64,000 nt of DNA from the NCBI RefSeq assembly GCF_964355755.1, contig NC_092674.1:24800001-24864000 (forward strand), in the 5' to 3' direction. Of the stretch, positions 12,001-25,400 are shown in pieces. The stretch comes from Antedon mediterranea (taxonomy: Eukaryota > Animalia > Echinodermata). The notes under the pieces were generated by a model, which searched no databases, was not told where the DNA came from, and saw only the letters and a program-made list of their open reading frames with translations. Position 1 is the stretch's first letter; each line of letters starts with the position of its first letter. The position numbers and the translations under genes were made by a program.

Positions 12001-15000
12001 TTAGATTTGGAAGTACGATATGGTTATGCTTTTTTCTAAAGCAAAAACGCTGTGAAAACGGAAAATGGCAAAGTGGAAGGTTAGATACTCTAGCACCAAA
12101 GCAATATAATCTATTAAACTGATATGATTCGAGAATGTTCATTAGAAAGTTATAACCGTAAATAATAACATTTAGGCCTACCTGTAGTTTGATTGCCTCC
12201 GATAAAACCATTCGTCACGTGGTTGAAGGAAGGCTCGAATCCCTGATTAACGGTACGCCCATTGGTTGTGGATGTCACGACGTGTATTGGCTTAATCTTC
12301 TTCTCTTTGACATCTGCGACAAACGGACTACCTGTTTTTTTAGATAGCAAAAATACATATTAGAATTGACATCGTGAATGTTGGGATTGTACGTTAACCA
12401 ACTGAGGCCTATACTTCCTATAAACAAGATAAGATAAGATAAGATAACTTTTATTGATCCTCAAAAAGGAAATTCATTGCTCGTCATAATAACAAAGAAA
12501 ACACTATAAAAACAAATATAGCATAAAACCATTCATATAAAAACATCTAAAAAATTACAATATAAAATTATCTTCTTGACTTCCTGTTGTACTGGATGAT
12601 ACCGGAGGGAATAAAGGATTTAGCAAATCGATTTGTTTTCACACTGAGGAGCCTCAATCTACCACTTGGATTAAGTTGGTCTATGATCACTTTGTGGAGA
12701 GGATGAGAGGCATCCGACTCAATGCGTTCGAAATCTTTCTGGAGGTGTTCTAGGTGCACATCGGTAAAGGAAGGAACAATCCTATACAACATATTCATGT
12801 GCACACCTTAAAAAACCTAGTACATATTTCGAGACGAGTAGGGGGTGGCCTAGCTCACAGCCATTGTCGTAGATAGACGGAATAGCGCCGGGGTTGGCAG
12901 CACCAATATTGCCGACAAGACGTGACCCTAAAGCTTGGTTTCCACTAGGACGCAACGCAACGACGTATTGACCCAGCGACCCAACACAAGGACGTAACGT
13001 AACGCAAGTGAATTGACCAATCACAAGCGATGGCTTATTCGCTTGTGATAACTTCGCTTGTCATTGGTTAAAACGCTTGCGTTGCGTTTACGTCCTTGCG
13101 TTACGTTCTAGTGGGAACCAAACTGTATTGCGTGTAATCATTAGTGGGAACTACGCTTTAGGGGAGAAGCATTGAAAAGTGTTGTTTCATCCAAGCCCAC
13201 AGCTACATTAACATTAACCTTGTCTGTGTGAATCCCATTTCATCTGGATTCTCATGTTCTCGATTATATGTCTATATTTTATGACAACATTGATGCTATA
13301 CTAATTTAGGACATTCATCAGAACTGCAGATAAAGCTCGAGATTGTACACACATGAAACGATCGGCTTGTCCTCCAACAGAAAAAAACCATACAGTATAC
13401 AGTACCTGGTATCTCTTGCTCAGATAAGAACACACTGATGCCATGCTTCCCTGCTTCTGTCGGTACGTACATAACGGTGAACGTGTCGTCTGGGTTCTTT
13501 GCGATACTTGTTTTTGTCCGAGATGTGGGTCCTTGTTAATGAAGTAGAAATGAATTAAGACTCTTAAGATAGCCATATATATATACGGTAGGTACAATAC
13601 TACAGTATAGCCCTATATTAATTAATGAGATTACAAGCAAGTCATCCATATTGCTAATGGAATGTAAAACTATAATGATGTGTTTTTGTTAAAACTTAAT
13701 TGCAGTGCAGTACACTAGAAAACTGATGAAAATGGTTGGCTCTTGTCTGGGTTCAAGACGGAGTTTTGACTTAAAATTAGTAAAAAGATAAATATTTTTG
13801 CACATACGGCGTAATAGTATACTATTTGAGCTTTTTCCAGACAAAAATCGAAACGTCGACTTGTGGACTAACATAAAAAATACAATAATAAATACAGACT
13901 TGGAGCAAGTCTAATGCCTCTCTTGTGGAGTCACTGATATGCTGCCTACCTTTAACCTTTGCTTTCAGGGAACCTCCACCATACTCTCTTGCATCGACGA
14001 TGAAGCTCGCCGGGTGACCAACAAGAGCTCTGTGAATTCCGTCACCGTTCACGTAAACCTTACCACGTTTCCGAACAGTTAGTTTCAATGGATTATCTAT
14101 AATGGATGACATAACCATAAACATAAATCATAAAATAGAGCATTATAAAATAGGTTCAGATATCGCCAGCTTTCGATTGGCAACGATCCAGGACCCATGT
14201 AGGCCTATGTGTTATTGGTCGTAGCCTGGGCATAGGCAGAACTAAACATGTGTGGGAATCAACGACGAAGCTTGTCCCAATGTGGAAAAATCCAAAGAAT
14301 AGATCGCCGCGATAACTTTAAACATGATTAATTTTCTCGTACGACACTGAGTCCTTTACCTGAAATGAATTTGCCATTCCAACTGATATAAACATTGAAG
14401 ACACCAATGTTGTTGGCAAGTATTCGTATAGTGTACCCTTTACTATTTTCGATGGTTTTTATCGGTAGGTACTGCTGTCCATTGCTTACTTCTACACTCA
14501 AATTCCCTTCACCAGCCTTAGACGCATCCACTTGAAAGAACAACAAAACAGTAGGCCTTATTAGTCTAAATTTTATGCGTCGAAACATTGTACATCATTT
14601 GTAGAAATCAATATTTAGGCCATTCTAATCCAATACAGTTGCTATTCAATATTAATGTCTTTGGAATGTACACTTCCGTCTGCTAAGCTGACCTGACTAT
14701 TTCTAATTTATACATGGGTTTCGATGGCTGAGACAATAGGCTTGGCCTGTAAACTACGAGACACAACTAATTAATACATAATATTTAGGCGGTATACTCA
14801 ATCCTAAACGTATGTTATATAATATTACTACAATCTCGGATGAGTATTAGACAAAATCCTCCCATCACAATTAACTAAGATGTGCTAATGTACTCACAAA
14901 AAACCTCATGTTCGTCTCCAAGTAATACCGTGTCGCCATTGGTTGAAAGTTTTATCTTTCCGGGCTTCGAGCTTATGACGTCATGATCGTAATGCCCTAC

Positions 15001-15906
15001 ATTCAAATGTCGATGTTGTGGTTGTTTGGATGATAATGACAGAAACTCGAGCGAAGGCATTTGAGGTTCTGGTACGATTTCTGGGGAGATCATTACGTTG
15101 AATGGACAACCGTCAATTGTTTGACCATGATACCGAACATTTACCTATGAAAGAATAATAATACAATTGATGCAGAAGTGGAGTAATAATTATGTCCATA
15201 CTGTAGTTTAAGACGTAGGCCTGTATTAATATTTGCACCAACACTATCTTATTCACAATATATATCACCAAGAATGACGATCCACTAGATACAGTACCTT
15301 GTGCTGTACCCGTTCACGTGGTATAAATGACACCTCGACTTCTTGATGGTCAAATGCGTAGACATGGACTTCTGCAGGCTCTCCTAAGTTTTCTACTTCA
15401 ACAGCAAGATCGTTGACGCTCAAAGAAGGGTCAGTCAACCGGATTTGAAAAGTTACCTGTAAAAAATAGGTTTCATAAATAGCATTAATCATAAAAGAGA
15501 TTCCATCCAACAGATGTCCACCCGCCTTATTCGTTTACAATTGGCATATTTTACGGTTAACCTTAACTACTGACGTGACCCTTAAGGAAGAAGCATGTAT
15601 CCAAAGCGCCATGAGCAAGTATCTCATTGGAATCGCGCTACACATACAATCACTCATACATATTGTGTACAATTACGGTGCGACAAGACAGGACGGTGCT
15701 ATTAAGATACAGAGGCAGGCCAATCCTTAAAGTTCTCTATATCTCGTGTACGTAATCAAGTCTCTTACCTTTTCACCAAGATCTGCAAAGTATCCAATCG
15801 AATCTCGTTTCAGCATGGACAGGTTTAAGAGAGCGCTCTCAACTGGATTGGGCCTTCTCAGTGGGGACCGCAAGGAACTAACGTATCTTGCAGTCATCGT
15901 TGCCAT
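6056..15906 (-). CDS. Filamin-repeat-only protein (headless paralog of the adjacent 3-CH filamin), about 863 aa, 8 Ig-like filamin repeats
   Basis: 15 GT-AG exons splice into one open frame of 2592 nt: 15906-15769, 15456-15298, 15144-14898, 14530-14360, 14096-13950, 13531-13406, 12331-12182, 11847-11716, 11378-11253, 10469-10335, 9833-9447, 8134-7922, 7722-7573, 7035-6877, 6207-6056 (TAG). Repeated filamin motifs include VDASKAGEG, GGGSL..V.GP, NPDGTYTATYVP and W.G..V.GSPF. The start codon is the least certain element. Confidence 0.88.
8178..8356. mobile_element. 179-bp family-1 MITE
   Basis: Full-length copy 43 nt upstream of a filamin exon acceptor. Confidence 0.85.
10685..10900 (-). mobile_element. 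L2/CR1-group LINE 3' end fragment
   Basis: FGDNAFSVHGLKLWNSI motif, followed by a CAGCGCTTTGA...GTGCTTTATAAAT stem and an (AAT)n-like tail typical of L2 3' ends. Confidence 0.65.
12425..12790 (-). mobile_element. CR1-group (Rex1/Babar- or L2-like) LINE 3' fragment with (ATCTT)n tail
   Basis: Translates SHPLHK...PSGRLRLLSVKTNRFAKSFIPSGI, a C-terminal ORF2 motif. Tandem AAGAT tail at about 12426-12446. Confidence 0.7.
13740..13915. repeat. Dispersed repeat, second copy at about 17592-17796
   Basis: Shared GTCTGGGTT..AGACGGAGTTTTGACTTA...TTAGTAAAAAGATAAATAT...GTGGACTAACATAAAAAA...AATAAATACAGA. Confidence 0.75.
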
Positions 15907-18284
15907 TCTTTTGCAAGACAGAATCCAAGTAGTCCTAGACCTAAAAAAAAAAATTAATGATATTACAAAACTATTTAAGTCAAATAACCCCGAAATATTA
16001 TATCTATTACAATCAGAATTGATGAAGCTACAATCGGCCTAACATCACCGTAAGTGAAACATTCGGTTCTTAGATCGTAAAAGAATCTATTCTGACGTTT
16101 GACTGAAAAGAGTTTTTAACCTACTTTCAACTCCAAATAGGACATAAAAATATGATTGAGTGATGTACCACGCACCTATAGCATTGTTAGCTTTAACTAC
16201 TTAGTTTACCATTCCTATTGTTATACGAATAGAAAACTGCGACGAGGACAATAAGAAGAGACAATGGGCTGTCGTTTATATACTATAAAACATCTACTGT
16301 ACTTAAAATAACAATTCACAGTTCACGTAATATTAAATACATCACGTAGATAGGCATATAATGCATTTAGGCATAGACTTTATACAGGTATGGCCCTAGA
16401 TTTGAAACAAGACTGCGGGTATAATTCAAATGAATTAACTACACAGCCTATATTTTCCTATTGTTTTTCTAGTGGAAACACTTTCAGAAGAGTTTTAAAG
16501 CTACAATCAGTCTGGATTAACTTCTTGAAAAGGGGCAGATGTGGCTCGATATTCTCCCAGACGATAGCCACTAGAGCGCCTATAAATAAACCACTTCCTT
16601 CTAAACATCTGTACGACGATCGAGTTCAGTGTATACTACTAAATACTGTTTTGCACATCATAGGCTACATTTGTCCTAATTAGGAGAACTACTAAGATTC
16701 ACAAGTTACGCTCTGCTCATGTCTGGAATAACTACTTTAAAAAAGAGCTGATGTGGCTCGGTCAGAGAGAGGCAGACGACCGACCACTAAACAACATAGT
16801 AAACAGTTCCCTCTAAACATCTGTACGAGTTCAATGTACCAGGCCTACACTCATGCAAAACTACTACTGTTATGTCTACTACTATTACAACACTACTATC
16901 TAACATACAGTGAGCCAAGCACTAAGCTAAGCAACAAAAAAAAAACACTTACCAAATTCAAGCCTAAAAGATTATTGAATTATTATAGAATTCGACGCCA
17001 CACCTACACATACCATACCAGTGTACGCTGTGGATTTCTGACACTACTGTTCCCATGGCCAAACAGCGTCCTACACACTCGTCAAATGTAACCACTGAAG
17101 CGAATTAAGTCAATTCAAAGGATCGTTTCTTCTTCAAAATCTCGACGGTATTGGAATTGAAGGGTGCATTGTATTTGCGAACGTTCAGCACGATTTAGTT
17201 CGATTACTCTATTGTTGTGGTCACACACTCGAATGTCGTACAATGACATAATAGAGAGATAAATAAGAGAGATAAATAGTTTAATTAGTGTAAAACACGC
17301 TATTGCAGAAGTCTGACAGTGTCTTGTAATTGTGAACGATTTTAGTAGAAGTAGAAATTGGTCGGACACGAACAAAATTTATTAGGATAACTATTCTGTC
17401 CAGGTCGATCCGTAAGAGTTTAAAAACAGACGCGGCAAAGTTGTTTCAAGTAATATAATTATGCAAGCTGACGCTAAAGAATTGAGGTGGTGGAGGAGAC
17501 ACGTGAGGAGACAGAAAAGCATCATATCGCAGACGTTGCATCAGATTTTGGATCATCGATGAAACACTTTTGTCTAGCTTCCGTGCCATTAGTCTGGGTT
17601 TCAGACGGAGTTTTGACTTACTATTAGCAGGGAGTTGCTAATTAATAACTCACTGATATTGATATTAGTAAAAAGATAAATATTATGGCGTCATACGTAT
17701 ACTTCTAATTGAGCTTGTAAACTCTTTTTCAGACACAAATCGAAACGGTGGACTAACATAAAAAAAGACAATAAATACAGAATTGGGGCAAGTCTAGCAT
17801 ACCATTTGCGGTTACAAGGATCTGAACCAAATTTCCTCCCCAGCTGCTATGCTTACTCCATCGTAAATTATTTTCAATAGTAATAATTATTGTATAAGAA
17901 TGCTCTTAAGTTTCGTTTGTCCATTCGAATAGAGGTTGTGAACTGGCGTATTAGAATATTTATTTTAAAACCGTGTCACTGACAAGATGACTGCATTGTC
18001 ATTTAAAACTTTGGTGCACAAATAACTAAAGGGTAATTAAAATTATTTTAAAACACTGTTTAATTTTTTTAGGGAGTTGACAACTCCCTAATACCATATT
18101 TCATCCTACTATTTTTAGAAGCACATATTCCTCGACAGAGCTGCATCTACAGTAGCAACTTAAAAAATAATATTTCAAACGGATTTTATTTAAGCAGATA
18201 CAGTATTTATAACATATTATCATGTATACATTACAATTTCAAGGTGATACGCATGATTACATCCTTAGCCCATAAGATAAATTT

Positions 18285-18740
18285 TATTGATTGATGTATT
18301 GATTGATGAATTGATTCGATTGATCGATGTACTGATGAATGAATCGATGGATTTATCGATTAATATCGAGGGATTAATTGATTGATCGATGTATTGAATA
18401 ATTGATCATGATTGATTGATTGTTGTATTAATTGATATATTAGTCGATTGTTCGATCGATAAAACATATATAATGTATGATACAATAAATGTCTATTTAT
18501 GAATAAACTGAAATACTTGTAAAATGTTATGATAAAATGATCGATACATTTATCGATTAATATCGATGGATTAATTGATTGATCGATGTATTGAATAATT
18601 GATCAAAGAATTGGTTAATGGATTGTGGTATTGAATGATATATATTTGTCGATTCTTCGATCGATTAAACTGATAATGTATGATACAATAAATGTGTTAA
18701 TGAATAAACTGAAATACTGTAAATAAAATGTTATGAATCA
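18285..18740. repeat. ATCGAT/TTGA-rich satellite with about 200-bp tandem duplication
   Basis: ATTTATCGATTAATATCGA...GAATAAACTGAAATACT occurs twice (about 18350-18545 and 18548-18735). Confidence 0.8.
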
Positions 18741-19088
18741 TAAAAATAAGGAAATTTCCAATTGCAAGACATGTATACACACATTTAACCTACAGTACGG
18801 TATCATGGGACATTCATCTAAGTCTATAATATTAAACCTCAATTTTTACAAAACCTGGCCCCACAGAATATTCAATAGTCATGTCATGCATAGATACAAA
18901 TATAAATTGGTGCATGTACCGTATGTGGCGACAAATGGCATGATGCAACTAGGGCTGAAGCATAGACCATCAAATCCACCAATGATCTAATCTTTTTAAA
19001 ATATTGTCATATAAATTCTGAATTATCTATGTATAATACAGCAATAAATTTTAACATTAAATTAAAAGTATTTGACAGTTACAAAAAA

Positions 19089-19382
19089 AGATGTATTGTC
19101 CCACTGAAGATAATTTTTACAAATTTTTGTTGTTGAATATGCCATTTTAATGTCACATAATAGTTATCCACTTTGACCAAAAATTGGATCTAAACAAAGT
19201 TTAATTACCGGAAGAAACTGAAATTTAAAAAAAAAAATGGTCAAATTGGCTGCCAGAAAATGATTTTTGGTTGAATTAACCATTTAATATGTTATTTTAT
19301 AAGTAAAAACATCATTTATTTTTCGTTTTATTTTCTACGTAAGTGATCTTTATTTTTCATGTTTTTGGGGGACAATACATCT
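19089..19382. mobile_element. Non-autonomous DNA transposon, family 3 (Kolobok-like); related copies about 9872-10140, 20952-21262, terminus at 2566
   Basis: TIR AGATGTATTGTCCC / GGGACAATACATCT followed by TTAA. Internal TTTTAATGTCACATAATAGTT...TTTGACCAAAAATTGGATC is shared among copies. Confidence 0.7.
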
Positions 19383-19465
19383 TTAAGACTTAATTTAATT
19401 TGGTGATTCCCGAAAACAAAACAACCTCTTATCGTTCGCAGCAATGCGATTTATATATAATCATT

Positions 19466-22400
19466 TTAAGCGTTTATAGAATTAATATTAGGTTCACTGA
19501 GACGTCTCAGATCCTGCGGATGTTTTGAGTTCACAGTATTCAAGTGGTCCTGGTCTTTCACGATCCACACTCGGAACGGGCTACCAGGCACGTGGACATC
19601 GGACCACTGGACGGATACTTTATATTCACCGGTCTGAGTGGGATTGTACTTGACGTTTATCAGTCGGTCGTTTTCAACAGAGCGAGTTAATTTTACGTTA
19701 AAAGAACCTGTGAAAAAAATTTAAAAAGTGAAATAACATTTTTAAAAAATAAACAAAAATAAATATTACAAAATAGAAAAAAATTAATAAAATAATAATT
19801 ATATAAGATAATTAAAACATTTTATTAACTGTGTATGTATATTGACTATGCTATGTTTGTTGGATTTGGATAGCCGAATGGTTAGGACACTTGACTGTCA
19901 TACAGATAGACCCGGGTTCAATGCCCGACAACTCCCAGTCCACTCAGCTGTAAAATGAGTACCTGGTTGAAAATACTAGGAAGAAAAAAGGCGGCGTGGA
20001 AAGAAACTGGCCACCCTACCACATAATGCCGAGGCTTAGTACAATGAGCTCCTAACAGCTCATCCCCTACGTTCAGAGAACACGGGACTCACCACCTTTA
20101 TGTTTGTTTATTTGTTTTATTGTTTTCCACTCACACTCACAGAACATTAACAATTGTCTTTTTCTTTATTTTAAATAATATTAAAAAATATATAATCATA
20201 TAAAACACAATAAAAAAAAGTGAGTTTGTATGCTATCATATACCAAGCTCATTAGTTGACCCTCTGATTAAAAAATATATTGAAAAAAATGCATAAAATT
20301 GTTGTATACCAACTAATATCATCTACCTTTAGGTCCATGGACACGAATCTTAAGCTGGCCAGCTCCTGCACCACTTGTGTCACAGTTGAACCTACCGTCA
20401 AAGTTTGACATTATGCCATGAACTAAACCTGAGCCAAAACAATGCACCTTGCTGGCATCAGGAGGCTGATTCACATGGAAAATAAATGGGCTTCCTATAA
20501 TGATGTAAAATAAGTGAATTAATAATGAAGTCATTAAAAGAGCAAATCTTTATCTTCATTATAACCATTAGCAATGGCGTAATGGCTATGAGCGCTCACT
20601 GGCTAAACCCTCTGAGCAGTGCTCAGAGGAAAAACAGGCAATAAAATAAGTGGAAAAAGGCTAAAAATGCCCGAGGCATCCAGCGTTAGGCCTATGCCAC
20701 TGACCATTAGCCTAGGCTGTAGACATTGATTTTCATAGACATTGATAGGCATGTGGATTTTGGAACACATGGGTGACTATTTGCATCGGACTATCATAAA
20801 GCTAGCTATTTATTATCATCCTTAAGCTTAAATGGCAATTGATGAAATTCGGACCCTGACATGATTTAAAAAAAAATTTAACCAGTAAATAATCTAATAC
20901 CGATACTAATCTGGCAAACAATGAACTAATCTACAGTGAGACTATGTTTAAAGATATTGTCCCCCCGAAAAACAATGTTTTTGTTGAATAAGCCATTTTA
21001 ATGTCACATACCTGTAATAGTTATTCACTTTAACCAAAAAATCGATTTGAAAAAAAAATTATTTACATGACAAATTTGTAATTTAAAGCAAAAAATAGTC
21101 AATGGCTTTTTGGTTGAATTTAATGGTATATTTTGTCTTTTTATAAGTGAAAACACTATTTTTTACAGGAGCGATTAACTAAAATAAAACTTCGAAATGG
21201 CCTATTCAAAGCCTTTTTTTTAAATTAATCTTCATTTTTCATGTTTTTGGGAGACATTTTTAAAGTAAATTGTAGAAAATGCCATTCTCTGTTTATTCTA
21301 CCTTGGATGTGTTCTTGTCCAAATTTGATTTCCAAGGTATGCCTTCCAACTTCAGTAGGATTGATAAGAAGTGAATAGGTGCCGTCTTGATTATCGCCGA
21401 TATGCACTTCAGCGTATGTGGTAGGACCAACACAGCGGGAAATTAACTCGCCTGAAACATAAGAAATATAATAGATGGAAATGGAAATAGGCGTGGAGTG
21501 GAGTTGTGGCTTGGTGGTTATGTCCTGTTTTTTCTAATGACAAATTATGACTCCACTCCCAAAGACTTGTAATAAGACTTTGTTTATGTAGAGCATCTGG
21601 TGTATATGTTTGTCTTGTGAACAGGATTGCCACCTTTAATGAATTCGCTTATTGTTATCCTTGGCAATTTGCCTAAATATATAAACAAAACAATTAACAT
21701 GCTAAAGCTGGTTGTTTTCATTACATCTTAAAAATATCAGGAGTCATTAATGGAAATTATACTAATTGAATGGTACTAAAGACAGGATGGACAAAATGAT
21801 TATTACTTAGAATTCAAATTCGAAAAACGTTTATTGTCCAATATTCATAAAAAAATAATAAATTGGAAAGGTGTTGTTTGATATACTACTAAAATAACAT
21901 GAGTACAAAAAGTAAAAATTAAAAAACAATATAAATAAACTTTGGCTGGTTATAATAAAATAATAACAAACAAATAACTGATTAACAGACTGAATAAATT
22001 GAAAAAAGAAAATTTAACAACATTTATAATATACCTGTGCCTGCTTCTTTAACGTCAATAACAAGCCTCGACCTTTGACCTGCAATCAGAGTGCGCAAAA
22101 GCTCTGTGTGCTTTGTAGTGACTGCCTGAGCACGTGCCTTCTCTCCTACTTTCACAGAAAACGGTGACCCCATCACCTTATCACCTGACCATGTCACATG
22201 GAGCAGATATGTACCTAGAAATAAAATTACCGTATATAAAAACTTTACAAAAATACCAATAATTTTGTTAAAGTATTTAAATTTGTGCCATTTTGCATTG
22301 GTTTTTCTAGAGTATTCTATAAAATAGCTCCACCATATGAAAATCATTTTTTTTAATATTCTGTTTTGGGTTTTTACCGCTTTATAATCGAAATTGTTCA

Positions 22401-25400
22401 ACTACCTGCAACTGTTGGCATATAAACTGCTTTGTACATGCCGTTACCCAAGCTCTCAGTGACCACATTGATGTCGGAACTTGAACCAGTCATCCAGCAT
22501 TTCAGAATTCCAGGCCCTCCTTCCGAACCATTGATACTGAAGGAGCTCTCCTCATCAACTCTTCCACTTATGATTCCTTTTCCGGTACAATGCACCTTGC
22601 GAGAATCAACAGGATCTTGCGGGAATTGTGCTACAGCGCTGAATGGTGATCCAGGAATCGGCATGTTTGCCCACATTATTCGAAAGAGGTATTTTCCTTC
22701 GTTGTGTACTAAGCATCTTATGCGGTAACGATCGGTTGCGACCATTTCTATTGGAAGATTCTCTTGACTTCCTTTTTGGTTATCAATAGATGCTGATAAA
22801 AGACCTAGATGGGATATAAATAAATAATATAGAATTATATAGCGCACATACTACTCAAGGCGTGTTAAAACAAATTCAAAATACAATATCTGGCTTAATA
22901 ATTTGCAATGTCTTTGGAAATTCACCATCCGTCACCATTCTGTCACGGCCATGGATCCCTACCTAGGTGACCAAACAAAGGAGCTGGATACACATTTGCC
23001 CTGTCCTGTCGTTTGTTGTTGGTGCTGCACTGCTGGTTACCGTGGGACAGTAGAGCTAACTTATTCAATTGAGAACAACAAAATTTGTAACACAAATGTC
23101 AGCCATAGAATTACCTGGACCAGCGTTCTCTGTTTTATATTCAACAATATATTCTTTGCCCACATTTAAGAGGAGTCCTCCAGTACTTAACATTCCAGGC
23201 ATCTGACCTCCAACGACACGCACTCGATTGGGATCAGTTACACGGGCATGGAAAGGACTACCTATGGGAAAAAAGTACAAACAATGTTATTCAAAACCAC
23301 AAATACTATCACATTTTCACTACATCAACAATCTTTCCATTGGTAGTTGCCGAGAGCATTGGCATACATTATATATTTAATTATTGGTATACAGTACTTC
23401 CTTTAAGACATACCTATTCATGGGACACCCACATTAAGGGAACACTTTCTTGTTTAACAAACGAGGGACAATAAAAGTTTTAAATGGACAATCCCAATTC
23501 AGGGGACGTCCCTATTTATGGGACACCCACATTAAGTGAACACTTTCATATATAACAAGGGCCAATACATATTTTAAATAAACTATGTACAATCCTAATT
23601 CAGGAGAAATCCCTATTAACACTTTGACTGCCAAACACGAAGATCTTCGTTTTTGGAAACACAACACTTGACTGCCAAACACGAAGATCTTCGTGTTTCG
23701 CGTTTTTTTACGAAATCCGGTAGATAGGTTAATTATTGGTATATACTATAAATATGAACACTATATTCGGTCTGGACCGTCAATATTTTACAATTTGAAA
23801 GTAACTAATCTGGTTACGAACGACTGTCAAAATGGTACCTGTCGAAATAACAAACACCGCGCATCACAGTAGCGCGTAGAGCGATGGCTTGGCGCATTGT
23901 GTATCGGTCGCGCGCTAGCTATGGCGCCGAAGCATTACAAAGGTTTTTGTGGATTGACATGTTTGTTTGTTATCTGAATAAAAAATAATGGATTCATTTT
24001 GAATATGAAGTCTTTAATTTTATTATTGTATGTTTACCCTAATTGTTTTGGTGTTTTACTGAAAGTGACCGAGTTTCAGGCAACAAACTTGTTTTGAAAT
24101 GGTACGGATATTATCATAGTAGTACTAGACTAGCCTAGGCCAAGTCGTAAAACGGTTCCGGACCAACTTTAGGCCTGGTTAACTAGGCTTGGTGTCTTTA
24201 CTATGTGGATTTTGGCGAAACATTGATGTAAGATTTATGATTTATAAAATGTAATACATTTTTCGATAGTGATAACTTGTTTTTATAGGCCTATCGGTGC
24301 CGTGTAAGTAACTTTTTTGTTGTTTGTTGATCTCACCGGGCGATATTTTCATATTGTGATGTCTTGCACAAAATCCCGAATATCTCGACTTTCTTGCGCG
24401 AAACTACGAAAAACTCAAAAAGTTACTTTCATTTTACTATTACGATTTACATATTGCGATTTAAAACATGTAATAAATAAAGAAGGATCATATTACCTTT
24501 GACCTCCTTTCCAGACCACATGACCTTTATGGTAAATATCCCAACCTCTGCAGGTACGTACATAACAGTATAGGTACCATCTGCGTTTGGAGTAATGCTG
24601 CATTTTCCAAATGAATTTGGCCCTTTAAGAGAAAGACAAATAAAAAAATGTTATTATACACTGTAATCTTAGTACTATATAAAGATAGCAACATTGTTGG
24701 TGCTACACTGTGGATATGTAGAATGTTACTCTTTTTTGGCCACCTGTAATTTACATTAGTATTACAATATTCAAACTTACCATCTACAGTAACTTTTAAT
24801 TCTCCTTCCCCGCCTTCTCGTGGATCAACAATAAATGTGGACGGTCTTCCCTCTTGTGCAATGTTGAGTCCACCACCGAAAACTTTTATGTCCCCTGGTT
24901 GTCTCACCTCAAGCGTTATTGGATCATCTATGGTATTTAAAGTAACAAGAAAAATTATGTACGTACGTATTATTATTTTTAAAAAATTACAAATTCTATA
25001 CATTTTTTATATACATTTTATCAAATTTACCTGAAATAATTTGACCATCCCATCGAATATAGACCTTGAATATTCCAAGTTCAATCGCCCTGATGTGAAC
25101 GACGAATGATGTCATACTACCGGTGATTCTGATTGGTAGATTATGAAACCCATTACTGACCTCTACAGTTAGGTTGCCCTCTCCAGCCTCAGATGCATCA
25201 ACTGGAACAAACAGACGATAGAATTATAATGATAAATTGACACACATTTTTGAATAGGTTACAAATTATTTATTTGTAGGATGGCAAATAAACAAATATT
25301 CTTTCTATCTATTTTTCATACAATTACTTTGAAACACTGGTTCTCGTCAGATCACTGAAGTTAAGCAATGTTGGGCCCGGTCGCATTTTGGATAGGAGAC

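Noticed and set aside
22432-22728. Plus-strand ORFs overlapping exons (also 7407-7733, 10967-11368, 11682-11867, 15746-16042)
   Set aside because: Antisense shadows of real minus-strand exons with no independent motifs.
22963-23055. Frame-preserving 93-nt cassette exon candidate in the 3-CH filamin
   Set aside because: Poor polypyrimidine tract and only a 59-nt upstream intron. It would interrupt a filamin repeat with non-homologous sequence, and GGTGACCA/TGGTTACC inverted ends suggest a small transposon remnant.
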